The notes under the pieces were generated by a model. It searched no databases and was not told the DNA's origin. It saw only the letters and a program-made list of their open reading frames with translations. DNA of 50,283 nucleotides, counting the filler, from Streblomastix strix (lineage: Eukaryota): assembly GCA_008636045.1 (NCBI GenBank). It is 2 parts of 2 records of this genome, joined end to end, with 100 filler letters (N's around TTAATTAATTAA, not from the genome) between each part and the next. Parts side by side here need not be neighbours in the genome. Positions count along the whole stretch, not along the records: positions 1 to 25,098 come from SNRW01000211.1; 1 more part is not named here. One strand, given 5' to 3'. The position numbers and the translations under genes were made by a program. Each line of letters opens with the position of its first letter. Position 1 is the first letter of the stretch. Positions 1 through 15,000 of the stretch are shown here, piece after piece.

Positions 1-715
1 ATAAGGTTCAACTCTGACGTTATAAACTCCCATTCCTATATAAAGTCTTATGTTTACGTGAATCATGCTATACTGACTCCCATTCCAATGAATGAGAGCG
101 TTTATTCTCAAATTTCTAAAATATTCAGGTGAGAACAGTGCACATGCACTCTCTTCAGAAGAAACTTCTGAAACGAGGACTGCGATACGGCCAATTTTCT
201 TATTCTATACGTCAAATACCCTCCCTCTCCGCCTAAGCCGGCGAGGATATCTGATTCTAAATGAATCCATAGCCGAGTGTCCTATCTGTTTCAGCAAGTG
301 AACCTTTTAAAAACACGCTTGGGGAACCTACATTTTCTATGGTTTATTGTCTCAAAAATGCGTTCCCTGCCGTTATCAAGTTTTAATCACGTATACTGTC
401 GTGCTGTTAGCCACAAGTGTAGTACATCAACTGTCTAAATGCATGCTACCCTTAGGCGCTTGGTGGTACATAGTTGACATTCATCGTTTTATAGTCAGTA
501 TGCTTTGACTACGATTTTTTTATTAGATGTTCTCTAGATCAGTATCCTCTTATAGACCCAAAGAATGTGATAAGACAAGATCAAATACTCTCTCGACTGT
601 ACATTCGTGAAGAAAAGTAACTCCTTAAAGATCATCATTTTTCTTTTTGGGGGTTTAAAAATCTATATGTCAAGAGTATGAATTTTCGAACATGATAATT
701 CTCTAAATAATTAAT

Positions 716-2185
716 TCATTCCATTCGTATCCAAAGAAAAGGGAGTTAGGTCCTTACACTACCAAGCAAAAACTGCTATATTTGCTGAGCTGTGTGGTTT
801 GTCATTCCATTGTCAACATTCTGCCCCATATGTATCGACCTATGCGTCACTAACTCTCCCTCTGGTTATGTTTAATGCGTACTATGATTGTCTTGGAGAA
901 TCTTTGGTTTAGTAGGAGATGTTTTCCTTTCTCTCTTAATATTCTATAGTTGAATTATTCTCCAATCATTTTTCAAACCTTGAGTTTATTTCTCATTCAC
1001 AATGTCAGAGTCCTTTTCTCTCAATCTTATTTTTATTGCTGGGTTTTAGACTGTATAAGCCATGGTAGCATTGTTGTCTCTTTTTGTATTGATCTCTTCT
1101 CCTTTTTTTAGTGTAATGTCCAATATTTCCTTGGAATCTTCTTCTTCTTATTAGCTTTGATTACCAATTTGCTCTTAACTTGTTTCATGGATACATTCTT
1201 CATCAACTTGGAAAAAATTATTCTGGATGAACTATTCGAAATCATGAATTAGCATTTCTTTCTCATTCTATAAACGCAGAATATTTTGATCAAGATTTTC
1301 GGGTTGAGTAGTCTATTCGGTTCTTATTTGATCATGAACAGGTTATTGAATTATCTTTATATATAACTTAGAAATTGTTGCCCAAAATATTTTCAAAGTT
1401 TGGTAACTTGAATGTTTCATCTATTTATATTGCAATTGCGCTTTCGTACTCTTCTGCGAGACGCGGACTCTATAAGTTCGTATAAGTCCACTTTTTTATA
1501 GAGGATTTAAATCTGTAAAAACTTTCCACAAAACCTTTTTAAGAGTAGTTTTTTTGCCTTCAAAAGTTTTCCTTTCGATCTCTTTGGTTAAACTTAATTT
1601 TCTAAGTTAATTCTAAGTATTAAGGGCAAATATGATCCATTCTGCTTCTGTTATTTATTCTAGAACAGCATTGTCATGATACCTGATTGGGTTCTATTGT
1701 TCTTTTTAAGCTGCATAATATGTGATTCTATTTGTGAGTGCTTTTGCTCTCTCAAGCATTTATTGATTAAGATTATTGGCTCTCCAATATTATTCTAGTT
1801 GCTTCTGAGTTTTCTATCTCTTATCTCTATTTGAGATCTTGTCGAGAAACATGGTTCTCTACTTAATCGAGTGTACTGCTTTCATTTTCAGCAGCGATGC
1901 TTCTTTCCGATAGGTCTCGTATCTTGTCATTTTATGCATCTTATGTCCTAGATTGATCAATTTACATCTAAATATGAACAGGTCAATTGCCCTTAAAGTA
2001 TGGATTGATTGGTGCTTGTCTTGATAGCACCATTTGAGAACTCCATGAATTAACTTTTCGCTTTAAAAGGATATATATCTGAATCTAATCTAAGTCTTTC
2101 GATTACTAATTTGTTTAAATTTTCTGATATTACTGTTATTCTGCATCTTTTGAATTTGTCCAAGAGCATTTTCACTATATTCCAT
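716..2185 (-). CDS. Hypothetical intronless protein (~489 aa, table 6), possibly part of a decayed mobile element
   Basis: ATG at 2185 is open to TGA at 716-718 when TAA/TAG are read as Gln. The same frame is also open upstream of one TGA near 2213-2215. No recognisable domain. The region looks less AT-rich than the intergenic DNA that follows. Confidence 0.4.
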
Positions 2186-4550
2186 TTGCTGGAGGATTTT
2201 ATTTGTTCTTAATCATTTCAAAAGTGATTAAACATTTAATTTGGACTCTTATATTTGGATTTGTAGGTTATCTATCTGTACCCATGTCCAGGAGTCTTGG
2301 ATTTATTGTTGATCCTCAATTACCTCGAGCTTGTCGATATTATCATATAGATTGGATCTTTATTTCGGCCAGATTATTGTTCTAAAAAGTTTACAGATAT
2401 TCTTCTTCATTATATTTAACCAGAAGCCATCTTCTGGATCGTTTATGGTTTTGCGTAAAGAGCTCATTATCATTTTCTTCTTTGCTTTTTTGCATTTTCT
2501 GGAATCTGAATTTAATGTTTGTTATATTAAATCAAAAATAAATAATAATTTTAATTTATTTACATAAAAATATTTATATAATTTATACATATATCAAGAA
2601 ATCATAATTTAATATATAGAAATTTAGATGTTGATGAAATAAAAAGAATTTTAAACATCATCAATTATGAAAAAAGATTTTTGAAGTCCCAATTGAAATT
2701 ATTTAGATATATACGTGCAATTAAAATAGAGACTAAATATTTAAAAATTATTAAATTTGATTTAATGAAGAAATTCAACATTTTAGTGGTACCAATAAAT
2801 TAATAATTGCATTCGAAAAAGAGCACGAGTTCAAATGATAAATCCAAAATATTTATATTAAATTATATAATAATTATAAATTTTATAGTTTCATCTATAA
2901 TTATATAATATTGATACTATTCATAACCACTAATTCAGTTTTTATTAAATCGATTTTCCATGAAAAATATTCTTGCATTTACATATTAAAAACAAATCTT
3001 GAAATTTAATATTTTTCATTAATTAATTTTATATAATATTTTTTATATAGCAATATAAAATTCTTCGAAATGAGCAAACAAATCTTTCAAGGAAAAATTG
3101 CATCTAAAAACAGTTTTTCATATTTTATAAGTACTTTATTCCATATTGAAATATTTGAATGATACGAAATTTTAGTGTATAATTTCATTATTATTAAGCT
3201 ATACTAAATATCAATTTATTTCAGAAAATTTATGTAATTTTTAGATATTTTTTTAAACAATACTTATAAATGCAAAAGATTATGGTTTTATGTGTGAAAT
3301 ACTCACAAATAATAATAGTATAGTTTAAATCATTCAAATAAATTATATAATAATTAAAATTTAAATAATTTTAATTATCATTTTTAATATTGAAATTACA
3401 ATATTTTTATTCTTCCATTTCCTATTTTTTATTTCTTATACATTACGCTTTTAGTACATCCTGAAATGTCAGCGTAACTTGTGCGTACATTAGCAAAAAG
3501 TTCAGCGTTAATTACACTCACTTTTGACCTTAAATGAATCGCTGTCTATTCCTTTTTCAATTTATTATTAATAACATTATTTTTATTTTTTTTATATTTA
3601 AGAATTCGATTCAGATGTGGTTCCGGCAATAGTCAATGTTGCAGATGTCATTCCACACAGTCTATAAATCAATATTGAAAAAGTTGTTTATTGCAATCTC
3701 ATTCATGGGAGTTATGTGATGAAATATATTGGAATTTCTTATAATATATTTGCAAAAAGAAGATCTGATAAAGATGGAAGATGTTATTATGTTGTTTATT
3801 ATGTTTATTTTCTTTGTTTTTTAATTCGGAAATTCAATTTATTATTTGATACTTATTAATTTAGATAATTTATTGTTTTCTTATTTCTTATTCTTTCTCA
3901 TTCATTTTTGTCTTTATCTTTTAATTTTAATTATAATTCTTCTTCATTTTAATTATCATATGTTTAAACCATGATTCCAAATAAATGTATTGTTGTATTA
4001 AATGTCTTTTTACCATTGATACTTTAATCATATTTCTTAGTTTTTCAATTATTTCGTACTTAACTTATCTGTTTTATTTCTTTAAATTTACTAATATTAT
4101 TATAATAATATAAATATTTCTTCAAACAAATTAATATTGACATATTTATTTCTAATTTATTGGCAATTTCAAATAGACAAGCTAATAAACAAATTCATCT
4201 TAAAATAATATTATAAATAGCATTTAATTATTTTTTCGTAAATATTTGTTATAATTCATTCTATAAGTATACTTCTACACATCTAGTTTTATGAATTTAA
4301 ATTTTTTTTAAAGATTTGTATTTTTATTCACAGTAATTGTTTATTATTGCTCGTTAATCTTTAATTTATATATAACCATGCATTTATTTGATATATTATA
4401 AATAATTATTGATAATTTATTATTTGTCCTGACTTTGCACTCATTTTAAAAATAAAAATTAATTTTATACTTTTAATATGCCTTTTTAAAATATAAATAC
4501 TAATTATTATCTTTATTAATTTAATAGCATTTCGGGAATTCCTTGCTTGT

Positions 4551-7500
4551 ATGTCATCTGAAGACGAATACTTTGAGGTCATCGCAAACTACTCCGGCAA
4601 AGATGGTGATTCGTCGTACTTGCCTGTTCGTAAGGGGGACATCGTACGTGTGCTCAAAAAAGAGCCAAGATATTTCACTGTTGATAAAGATGGAGAAATC
4701 GGAAAAGTGCCAAAGGGAAAGCTGCGTGAATGGACTTTTGCACCAACTGAAGAAGAAACTCAAGAACAAAACACATCACAAACTGCGCCAGATACAAAAA
4801 TCTCTTCGAATGTTGAGTAATCTGCTGTTTAAAGCTCTTCAGATGTGTCAAACGACTTCTTTAGCATGGGTTACAATTTCCCTAGTATAAAAACCACTGA
4901 AACGACAACAACAACTACTGAAAATTAACAATAATCTGAAATTAAATTTGATCTTCCACAATAATAAGAAGAGAAACAAGTTGTAGTGTAACAGACAGAA
5001 ATTACTGAATAACAAACCATTAAAATTGATGAATAAGTCGTTGTTGAAGTCGACAAATCCAAAGAATTTGAAGTAATTGAAGATTTCTAAGAATAATCAG
5101 CAGTACTTTCACAACCAATAAAAATCTCATCTGAACAACTCAATTAAATCAAAGAGATTCAAACCATCATTGAAGCTGGAATATCTCCATAGGACCTCAT
5201 TCAGAAGCTTAAAGACAATTTATAAGCAGTGAGATCAGTGCAGACTTTCAAAGAGAACGATTCTACAGATGAAATGATTAAAATTTCAAAGGAAATTACT
5301 GAAAAAGTTGCAGTTAATATCAAGAAATAAATAAGTTAAGCGGAAAATATCGAATTTGCGTTTCAAACTGGCCTAGTTGCTGAGCTTGTTGATTTAACCA
5401 GGAGAACACCAGTGAATGAAATAACTCAGGCATTGATTGACCCAATTAGGATAATCAGTTCAAGGGGAACAGCAGAACAAGTTCATAGACTGTTTGAATT
5501 AAATACAATTCAATCTCTGACTCCAAAACTGAAAATAAGCAATAATTAAGTAATACAGGACATAATACTTGAGATCTTCGTGAATATAATCAAAAGTGGC
5601 TGGAAGTAACAGTAAATTTAATCACCTGCAATTAAATCTAGAAAATAAGGATAATCATAATAAGAAGAAGGGCAAAATAAATTACAGCAAATTCTCAATC
5701 GTTCACATCCATATTTAACATCATTAGAGGATTAAGGAGTAATCAGGAAGATAATTGGTGTAGTTCTGCTCAATAAAGACATCAAAATACCAATTAAATC
5801 CCGAGCGTGTGAGTTCCTGGATGCGATTTACATTGAAGGAGCGAAAATTCCATCTGATCTTTTAAACTCAATTATCGCTAATCTTTGTGAATCGGTGAAT
5901 GTGAAACATGATTATGATGTGAGAGTGGCTTTTAAATCGCTTGGATATGTGGTGCTGAACTAAGGTGTGATTTATTGTAGTTGATTGATAGTTATATTTT
6001 GGATTAGATATATATTGTTGGATTAATTTTATTATTGAATTGATAATATTATTATTGAATTAATAATTATAATTATTTATAATTAAATTATTAATATTGT
6101 TTTCATTTAATAATACAGAAAACTTCGATGCAATTGTTACTGGAGATCTTATTGACTCAACATTGAATTAATTCAAGTATGGAAATATAAATTTTTAATT
6201 TAAATAATTATTATGAAATAAATTTATTATTTAATAAATTTCTAATTAATTTAATTTCTTTTATTATTATTTCATATTATTTCGCATATATAATTATTAA
6301 TTATTATTAATCATTCAATTAATTTATTTATTCATATTCTAAACATCCAGAAAACTCGCCCAAGGTCAGAACATCCACAAAAACTTAATACAATCGTGTT
6401 TGAAAATTCTTGGCCAAATTTACATTTACAGCATTCCAACAGCCAGAAATATGATCAGAAGTGAAATTACATCAGAAATCTTTGAAAAATTGATCTCAAA
6501 TAAAGATTACGAAGAAGATGCCAAAATACTGAAAGCGACTTTTCGTGATCCGCAAACTGTTGAATCGTTGATCAGAATGAAGCGTCCAATTGAACTTAGG
6601 AACAATGACTACAAAAATGAGCTGATTTATAACGGAATCATTGATATACTGATTAATGAGATTGATTAGGCCATAAACAAAGATGATGATGAGGTTAGAG
6701 ATGGTTTGATGAGCTATATATACAAGATCTTGCATACTTTAATATCAGAGAATCCTGAAGGCAGTAAGATTGTTGTACAATAGACAGATTTCGTTGAGAG
6801 ATAGTTGAACTTACTGAATGCTTTACCTGCAGCTTTGATCAAAATACAATATCTTTCACCTCTAAATTCATTATTGAATTCACTTACAGTTGAATTGAAC
6901 CATCATCTATATTCATAAGGTATTATCCAAGTGATGATCAAGATATATGAATCTGAAGATGTCAATGTTAAAAAGAAGGCAATTGACATAATAACGAAGA
7001 TCATAAGTTCTGGTATGGAAGGAGCAAAAGAATAAGAGCAGCATCCTTACCTTCAATAACTCTCAGAAGATGGAACAATTGAAAGGCTTGTTCAGATAAT
7101 AAGAGAGTAGAACTAACAGACAATCAATATCAGTATTTTGGTTGCAAGGGGGATTTCGAAGCTTTTCAAAGCTGCTGCAATTCCTGAAGATTTTATAGGA
7201 GAAGTTGTTGGGATACTGAAGGAGAATAAGAAATTTGAGGAAATTGCGCTTTTGGCGGAGTGTGGAGGTATATTTCTTATAATAATATATATAATATTTA
7301 CCTTTTAATTATAATATATTTAGTTAATAATGTATAATAATATTATTTAATTTGATTATTATTATATTTAATTCTCTTTCAATGCATTTTTTCATTATCA
7401 TTTTATTTATTCATTTATATATTTCATATATTAATATATAACCTAATCACAGACAATCACGAACAAATCCTACTTAACGACTTCGAAGATGATCTTTTCA

Positions 7501-8225
7501 AAGAAGATTAATTCACTCTTGATTATCTTCGAATCACTTTAAGTTTACTCCAACTGGGAAATGATACAAACAAAACAAAAGTTGCTTTAGCAGTGAAATC
7601 ACCAGTAAACAAACTAGTTGAAGCTGAGAATGTGAATTAAATCGGATAAAAAGTTCAGTTTAAGTGGAATAAAGAGAAAAAAGATGAGATTGTTGCAAAA
7701 GCAAATGAAATTGTCCCATTGATTCAGATAGAAGAAGAAAAAGAACAACAAAGAGAAATTGAAAGGCAGATCGAAAAGGAAAAGTAAAGATTGATTGAAT
7801 TAGAGAAGGAAAAAGAGGCTTTAAAAGCAAATGAATAAAATCCGCTGTTAATAAAGGATGGTGATAAGTCAAAAGACCAGGAAAAAGAGAAAGAATAAGA
7901 TAAAGAATAAGATAAAGAAAAAGATCATGAAAAAGAATCGGAATAAGTGAAAGACCTAAAAAGCAGCAAATCCCAGAAAGAACTCAAAAAAGAGAAAGAA
8001 AAAGAAAAGCAAAAAGAAAAAGAATTAAAAAAAGAGAAAGAAAAAGAACTAAAAAAACTGAAAGAATCCAAATCAAAGCTCAAATTACTGGCTCCATTAC
8101 CCCCAGCACCAATTGAAGATGATCTTTGGATACAACAGGAGAGTGTTCCAAAAGTCAAACAGGTGCCTCCGTTGCCTCCTCCGCCGATAGAAGACGTAAA
8201 TTGGGAAAAGAAGGAATAAATATGA
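4551..8225 (+). CDS. SH3-domain protein with helical/ARM-like repeats, K/E-rich tail and C-terminal PxxP motifs (4 exons: 4551-5964, 6119-6176, 6351-7267, 7453-8225)
   Basis: N-terminus FEVIANYSGKDGDSSYLPVRKGDIVRVLKKEPRYFTVDKDGEIGKVP is SH3-like. Three GT..AG AT-rich introns keep phase. In-frame TAA/TAG read as Q. Ends ...WEKKEQI-TGA. Confidence 0.85.
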
Positions 8226-8871
8226 ATTTTAAATGGAGAATAAATGAAGATGAATAGTTTTAAAATGAAGATGAATGATAAGAAATGATGAAATATAAGG
8301 AATAATGATTGTTAGTATGAATAATGATTTGTTTGATATAGTGAATGGAAGATTGAAACGGGATATTTTTGTTGTTTTTATTATTAATTTGTTATATTGT
8401 TTGTTTTTGAGATTTGATCTTTTCATCTTCATTTTTGATATGGTAATATTTCATTCTTTCTATTCTTACTTATCTATTTGAAATTAACTCCTTTCTCTTT
8501 ACTCATTATATTTCTATTTAAATTTATGGTTAATTTACCCTGGTAATATCTATATGAGCGTATATATTATCAATAATGTAATAATTTGACTTAATCATTT
8601 CCAAAAAATTCTCATTCACTCATATAAAACCTTAATTATTCACTTTCACACAAGTAATGTTGACTAAGATTGTTTTTTTCATTCATATAAATTAATAAAT
8701 TCTCAGAAATACTAATAAAGTGGAATAACTAAAATGATGCTTAGTTTTTATTTTATTTTACATACTCAAAAACTAAATTAAAGTAATAAAAGTGTTTTTT
8801 AATCATAAAAGGAACAAACAATCAAATATAATGCATTATTAATTATATAAAATTCAATATAACATTTTGTA

Positions 8872-11390
8872 TCATCTTGGAACAATGAACCCTCCCTTTT
8901 CCATCTCTTTGCAATTACCTATTTTAGTAATAAACAAAAAATAAATAATAATAACCACATAAAAATGATTTAAATATTTAAATATTATAAATAGAAAATG
9001 ATTGAATAAATACCTGAATTCTAAGCTAAATGCTGTAATGCAACTCTTGAATACTCTCTCGTTTGTTCATCGGGATCATAGATAAGTGATTTAAGATGCA
9101 AAATTATCTGCTATTACATTGTTTCATCTAGAATCTCAATTCCGCTATAAACATAACCAATTGATAAAGCTGCAAAGTTTTTTGTTGAATTGTTACTGTT
9201 ATTGTGCAATCTTTTAAACAAGGAGAAAATTTTATCTGTTCCACCATATTTTTCAATTGAATCAAAGTGTGGATGGTAATAATTATTTTTTGTGTTTGAA
9301 GCAGAAATAATGAACTTGAAGATTGCATTCATTGCTAAGTTTGTAATTCGATTGTTCTTATGTGATAAAAGGTTAAGAAGCCCACGATAAGACTTTTATA
9401 AGTCAATTTAACTTATAGTTGAATCATTTGATGAATGAATTAAATAATAGAATGTTTCAACATATAGAGGAGTTATTAAACTTTAATCTCTATTTTCAAA
9501 AATAAAGATCAATGAATCAGCAATTCCAGCATTTATCATCGATTTCCGAATTTATAAACCTTCTTTATCTTTAATATAAGATAGCAAGTAATTGCAATTT
9601 TGTTCCTGTTTATCCATTAATTGTTTCTTTTACTGGTCGTTTCCAATAATTTATTTTCTAAAATTAATAGCTATTATTTTCAATCGATCTTCAAATGAGA
9701 TTTCAGTTTAATTTTAATTTTAATTAGAAATGAGTGATTGAGGACGATTAATTTATATCTACTTATTAATAATCTCTTATTATTTATTATTAGATATAGA
9801 AAAGGAATTACTATTATTATTTCTATTATTATTGGATGTTGATGTAGGTTGCTTTGATATGAAAATAGCAGTTTTCGATTTTTATCTATATGAATGTGTT
9901 AATTATTTCTATTATTACTATTTTTATGCTGATTGAGGCGATAATTATTATAATTATTACTCATTTGGCTAAAATTGCTACGAAGAAGGGAAAGTTATCT
10001 GAGGTAAATGAATTGATGCTGATTATAATCTTTTTGATTATGAAGTAGAATTGGTATTAGGTAGTGTATGATTAAGTGAATATACAGGTTAATATGTTGA
10101 TGATAAACCTTATGAAGAAGATTATTAATTCTAATTTGGTTGTTGTGATTTATTTGGAGAATGATCGGATTATTATTGGCTCTAATTTTATTGTTGTTTA
10201 TTTGGAGATAATTACTAATAAGTATGAGATGAAATTTTAGGTAAACGCATAGATGATAATGGAACTTATTATTTTGGAGCTTCAGATTAAGATGAAGGAG
10301 AAAATGAATTATTTATTGAAGAAGAAGAAGAAGAAGAAGAAGAAGATTAAATTGGTTTTGAAGATTGAAAAGATTGGGAAAGTTATCTAACCTGCGATAT
10401 TTCAACTGATTATCGTAATTATTATGATTATTGTTATTCAGATGATGGAGATTACAATAATTATTAATGTTGTTATTGATGTTGCTGCTATTTTGCTGAT
10501 TAGGTATTTAGTGACTATCTCGCTTAAGATAATGGAAAAGAAGAAGACTATTATTATTAACCAGATATAGAACTAGAAGAAGAAGATGAAACAGATTATG
10601 ATAAATTCAATTAAGGTAAACGAGCTGGATTTGGTTTTATTTGTTATGAAGTAGAAACGTTATGCAGTGAAGGTATAGTTTATGACAGTGAAGAATAACT
10701 TTTGGGTGTAGATTAAGTAATTGAAGGGGATTATTATAATTATTATTAAATTGAAGGTTATTATTAATATAAAATTGAAGATGGTAGTTACTTTAATTAT
10801 ATTGTAGGAGATAATTATTATTATTATATTGAAGAGGATTATTACTATTCTAATGTAGGGGATAGTATATGCATTGCTGATGAATAAGATCTTTATTATT
10901 ATAATGATTATTAACTAGGTGATAATAATGGCTTTATAGATGGAGGAGGAGAAAGTAATTAATTTGACTGTTTTGATGAATTTGGTCGTTTTGGTGTATT
11001 TTACTGGGATGATGTATTTAATTTGGGTAAATGCGAAGTTTTTGGTAAAATTTTAGGTGAAGAGGATAAAGGAGGTTGCAAATGAAATGAAGATGATGGA
11101 ATTTGATTGTTAAAATCAAGTGTTGGCGCTAATTTGTATTTAGTTGTTGTGATATTCTATGCAGCTAAGTTATTGGATTATTTCGTGTTTGAAGATGGGG
11201 AAGTTGTACAACTGCGTAGACAATCTTATGATACTTTTACAACGCGGCCATCCTTCTCAACTGTGAGCCATGGAGGTTCTTTCTTGATAACTCGAACTAT
11301 TTCTCCTTTTTTAACTGACAATTTTTGTGAATTGTTATCTTGTCCGGTGTAATCGGCAATAACTTCAAATAATTCGTTAGAATTCGTCAT
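8872..11390 (-). CDS. SH3-domain protein with long Q/S/P low-complexity linker and C-terminal ARM-like helical domain (exons 11390-9014, 8918-8872; ~807 aa)
   Basis: MTNSNELFEVIADYTGQDNNSQKLSVKKGEIVRVIKKEPPWLTVEKDG is SH3-like and paralogous to the 4551 gene. Phase-1 GT..AG intron at 9013-8919. Ends ...GNCKEMEKGGFIVPR-TGA, and the spliced length is divisible by 3. Confidence 0.8.
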
Positions 11391-12016
11391 TCTATGACTT
11401 GACGAAACAAAAATATAGAAATTTAACATAAATATGAAGAAAAAAACAGATTTCTTTTTTGAAAATAAATTTTCATTGTCGTATAAAATAATGGAATTGT
11501 GACATTTTGAAAATATAATAGTTAAAATATTTATATATTGTTTATTTGAAGATAAAAATGTATTTTAAATTAATTTATTTATCTTTTCTATTGAAATAAT
11601 CAATAATCTTTGTAAATACATGAAAATATCCGTTAAGAAATTATATTAAGGTGTTTATTTATATTATTTATGTTGTAAATACATGTTTAGATCAAAATTA
11701 GTATTATAATAAAATAATAACTTCTAAAGGTGGAGTAATTTGAACAATAATAAAAAATTTTCCTTCTTCCTATAAGATAAGAAGTTTGAAAATTGTCCTA
11801 CATAATTAACCTATAACAATTAATTAATTAACAAACAAATTAAAAATAATGCAAATTTACTTGAATTTATATTTTTTTTATTGTGAATGAATTGCCCTCC
11901 TTGTTTTATTCTGAAAAAAAGCTCATTGGTGATGATATAAATGGATACTACTAAACAGTATTAATTCAATTGACACTCATAATAATCAAGTTTCGTTTTC
12001 ATGCTCATTCTCATTC

Positions 12017-15000
12017 TCAAATCACTGCGTGGATTCCGCTAACGAGATGTTTGCGTATGTATAAGATGTAGAAGAGGGAAAGAGCGACACCTATTTAATG
12101 ATATATTTGAACAGATAAATGAGTAATTAATAAATAATAAGTAAGTAAAAATAATAAATTGAGGATTAATAAAAATTTGATTTAATTAATAAATAAAATT
12201 GAAAATATATAAATGTTTATACCTACAATAATCGCTAGAATCAGTAATGTGAACATCTCACCCAAATACGTTTTAGAATTTGCACCTATTTAATACAGGA
12301 GAGAATAAAATATATAAAATATTTATAAATTTCAAAAAAAATAGTAATAAAATTTTTTATCTATTTAATTATCAAAAATTTGACTTTGATTTATTCATTT
12401 TATTTCCATTCAATTATCAAAAAGTTCGATTTTTAATTTAATTTTATTTTGTATTATATTATTTCTATTTATATTCAATATACCGATTTATCCGATGCTA
12501 AATGTATACGACGTGTTTGTGAGCCTCTCGTTCCAATCAGATCTCCCATAGATGCGAAGAATGTTGCCTTTAAATATATATGAAAAAATATAAATACAAA
12601 TTAATTAGTTAAACAAATGAATAAGTAAAATAAATTAATGAAGAAAAATAAATGAATAAGATAATTCAAAATTTAAAATTACTTTAAAAATTTTTTTATA
12701 TATAATTTCAAATTAAATACCAAATTCCATCATTTCTTTTGTTGTAGTGAATGTGAGTTCAGAATCTTCTGGTTCAGCTGATCCAAGTGAAATAAGATCA
12801 AATGGCTATATTGAAAGTTAATAGAGAAATATAAACATAGAGAAAGAATAATGATCATTTATAAGTATTAAAATAAATGAAATTTAAAATTAAATATTAT
12901 ATTAATTAATAAATAGTATGAAAAATTAATTAAGTTTATACCGTTTCTTCTAAGTTGTTTGATAGGAAGAAAGTTTTTCTTGAAGGAGCGCCTAATAAAA
13001 ATTAAATAAAAATAAAAAAATCGAAATAAAGAAATATAAATATTATATTTAATTTATCAATATTTGTTAATATTTATTAATATTTATTAATATTTATATT
13101 ATATTAACCTTTGTATTCCCAGTAAATGTCGTATTTCTGACCCATAACAAGAGACTTAGGATCTTCATTCTGCATACAATTAAATTATATAAAAATATGA
13201 ATAGTAAATAATATTATAATACTAAACAATAAAATATTCTATTTTCATCAATATAATATTTTTCTATATTAATACCTTTGCATTGGCCTTTGACGTTCCA
13301 GCTTCTTTGACATGTATGATGAATTTTGGCGCTTCAATCGTGAACTAAAAAATTAGCAAAAAATCAAAGAGATTTAATAATAAAATAATGAAAATTAGAT
13401 TTATAATAAAAACAATAATAATAATTTTCTTATATGTATATTATTTTTCTTCTATGTATATTATTATTATTTATCATTTTCATATATATAAATTAAATCA
13501 TACGTCTCTTGTCCTTACAGAAGAGAATGATATTTCATCCTGGATGAGCATCGAATAATTGTTTCTGGTGATTTGAACGTATGGATAGAAAGTCAATTTG
13601 CCTGTGAAATGAGATTAATAATAATATTAATAATGTTATTATATTTGAAAATCATGGAATTAATATAAAAATATAGTAAAAAATAATGTATTATTATTAT
13701 ATTTAATATAAAAAAATCAAATAATATTTTTACCTGATGCTCCTCCTCCTTTAAGCAAAATTCCATCAGGCATATAGTGTGGAGGATCAACAACTGCATG
13801 TTCGAGGAATATTGCCACATCTCCTGTTGCAGCCTATATTATGCATAAATGATAATTAGTAATTAATAATAATTAATTTAAACATTATTAAAATTATCAA
13901 TATAAATTAATTCATATTCAAATTATTTGTATTTATTAGTTTATATTTATATTATTTATATTTATTAGTTTATATTTTATTTATCAATACAAATTTATTA
14001 ACGTTCATATTCAATTTATTTATATATAAATTTATTCTAGAGTAAATTCACACCTATCCTTTCCATTCTATAGTCGCATTTTCACCAGCTTTGACTGTGA
14101 TGTTTTCCTATTCGAGGAACTCTCCTTCGATAATGATGTTGCCCTATTTAAAAATACATTATATAAAATTTAATAAAATGATTCAGAAAAAAAATAAGAA
14201 TGATGGTTTTAAGTTAAATATTTATATTAAGTGATTATTTCTCAACTTATTTATTATACATTAATTATATTAATAATTATATTTATATTATCAATTTTCC
14301 TATTATTTATATTATTAATTATATTAATATATTTCATTTTTCTAAACTTTTTCAAACCTATTTAGCAACGAGTGTAAACTTCCCTGTGTCAGCCAAGACC
14401 TAATCAGACCAGAATTGAATCATTCGGATGTGATAATCATTACTAAATATGAAAATGAATGAAAAAATTAATTAATAAATAAAATTCAAATAAATAATGA
14501 ATTAATAAATACAAATATTAAAAAATATGTATAATTATTATATTCACATACCGAGATTGAACTTCAAGTTCAGGCTCCCATAAGAATTCGGTAATGTTCT
14601 CATCAAATGTTATGTATTCAACAGTTCTAAATAAAATAATATATAGATTAATAAAATATAGAGATTAATAAAATAATAGATAATTAATAATAAAATTTAA
14701 TATAATTAAATAAAATTAATTATTTTATTAATTTATTGTATACCTATTGGGCCAAGCTTCTGAGTATAATTCAAGCTCAAATAGATTTGACCATCTTTAA
14801 TATTGTATAAAAATTATATTGATATATAAATATAATCAAATTTTTCATATAATAAATTAATTAATTCTCAATTAATAAACCAATTTTTCGATTAATAAAT
14901 AAATAAATAAATAAATTCTCTATTATTCAATTAATTATTCTAATTAATTATTATTATATATACCCGTCTAAATTCCACTTGATTAAATATGGAGTTTCTC

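Noticed and set aside
3466..3800. Short ATG-initiated stretch (MSAQLVRTLAKSS...) and a possible second exon (FDSDVVPAIVNVADVIPHS...)
   Set aside because: An in-frame TGA precedes any clear donor and there is no recognisable domain, so no gene model could be supported.
7660..8432. Minus-strand ORFs in the track (F/S/L-rich)
   Set aside because: Antisense shadows of the K/E-rich tail of the SH3 gene and its 3' flank.
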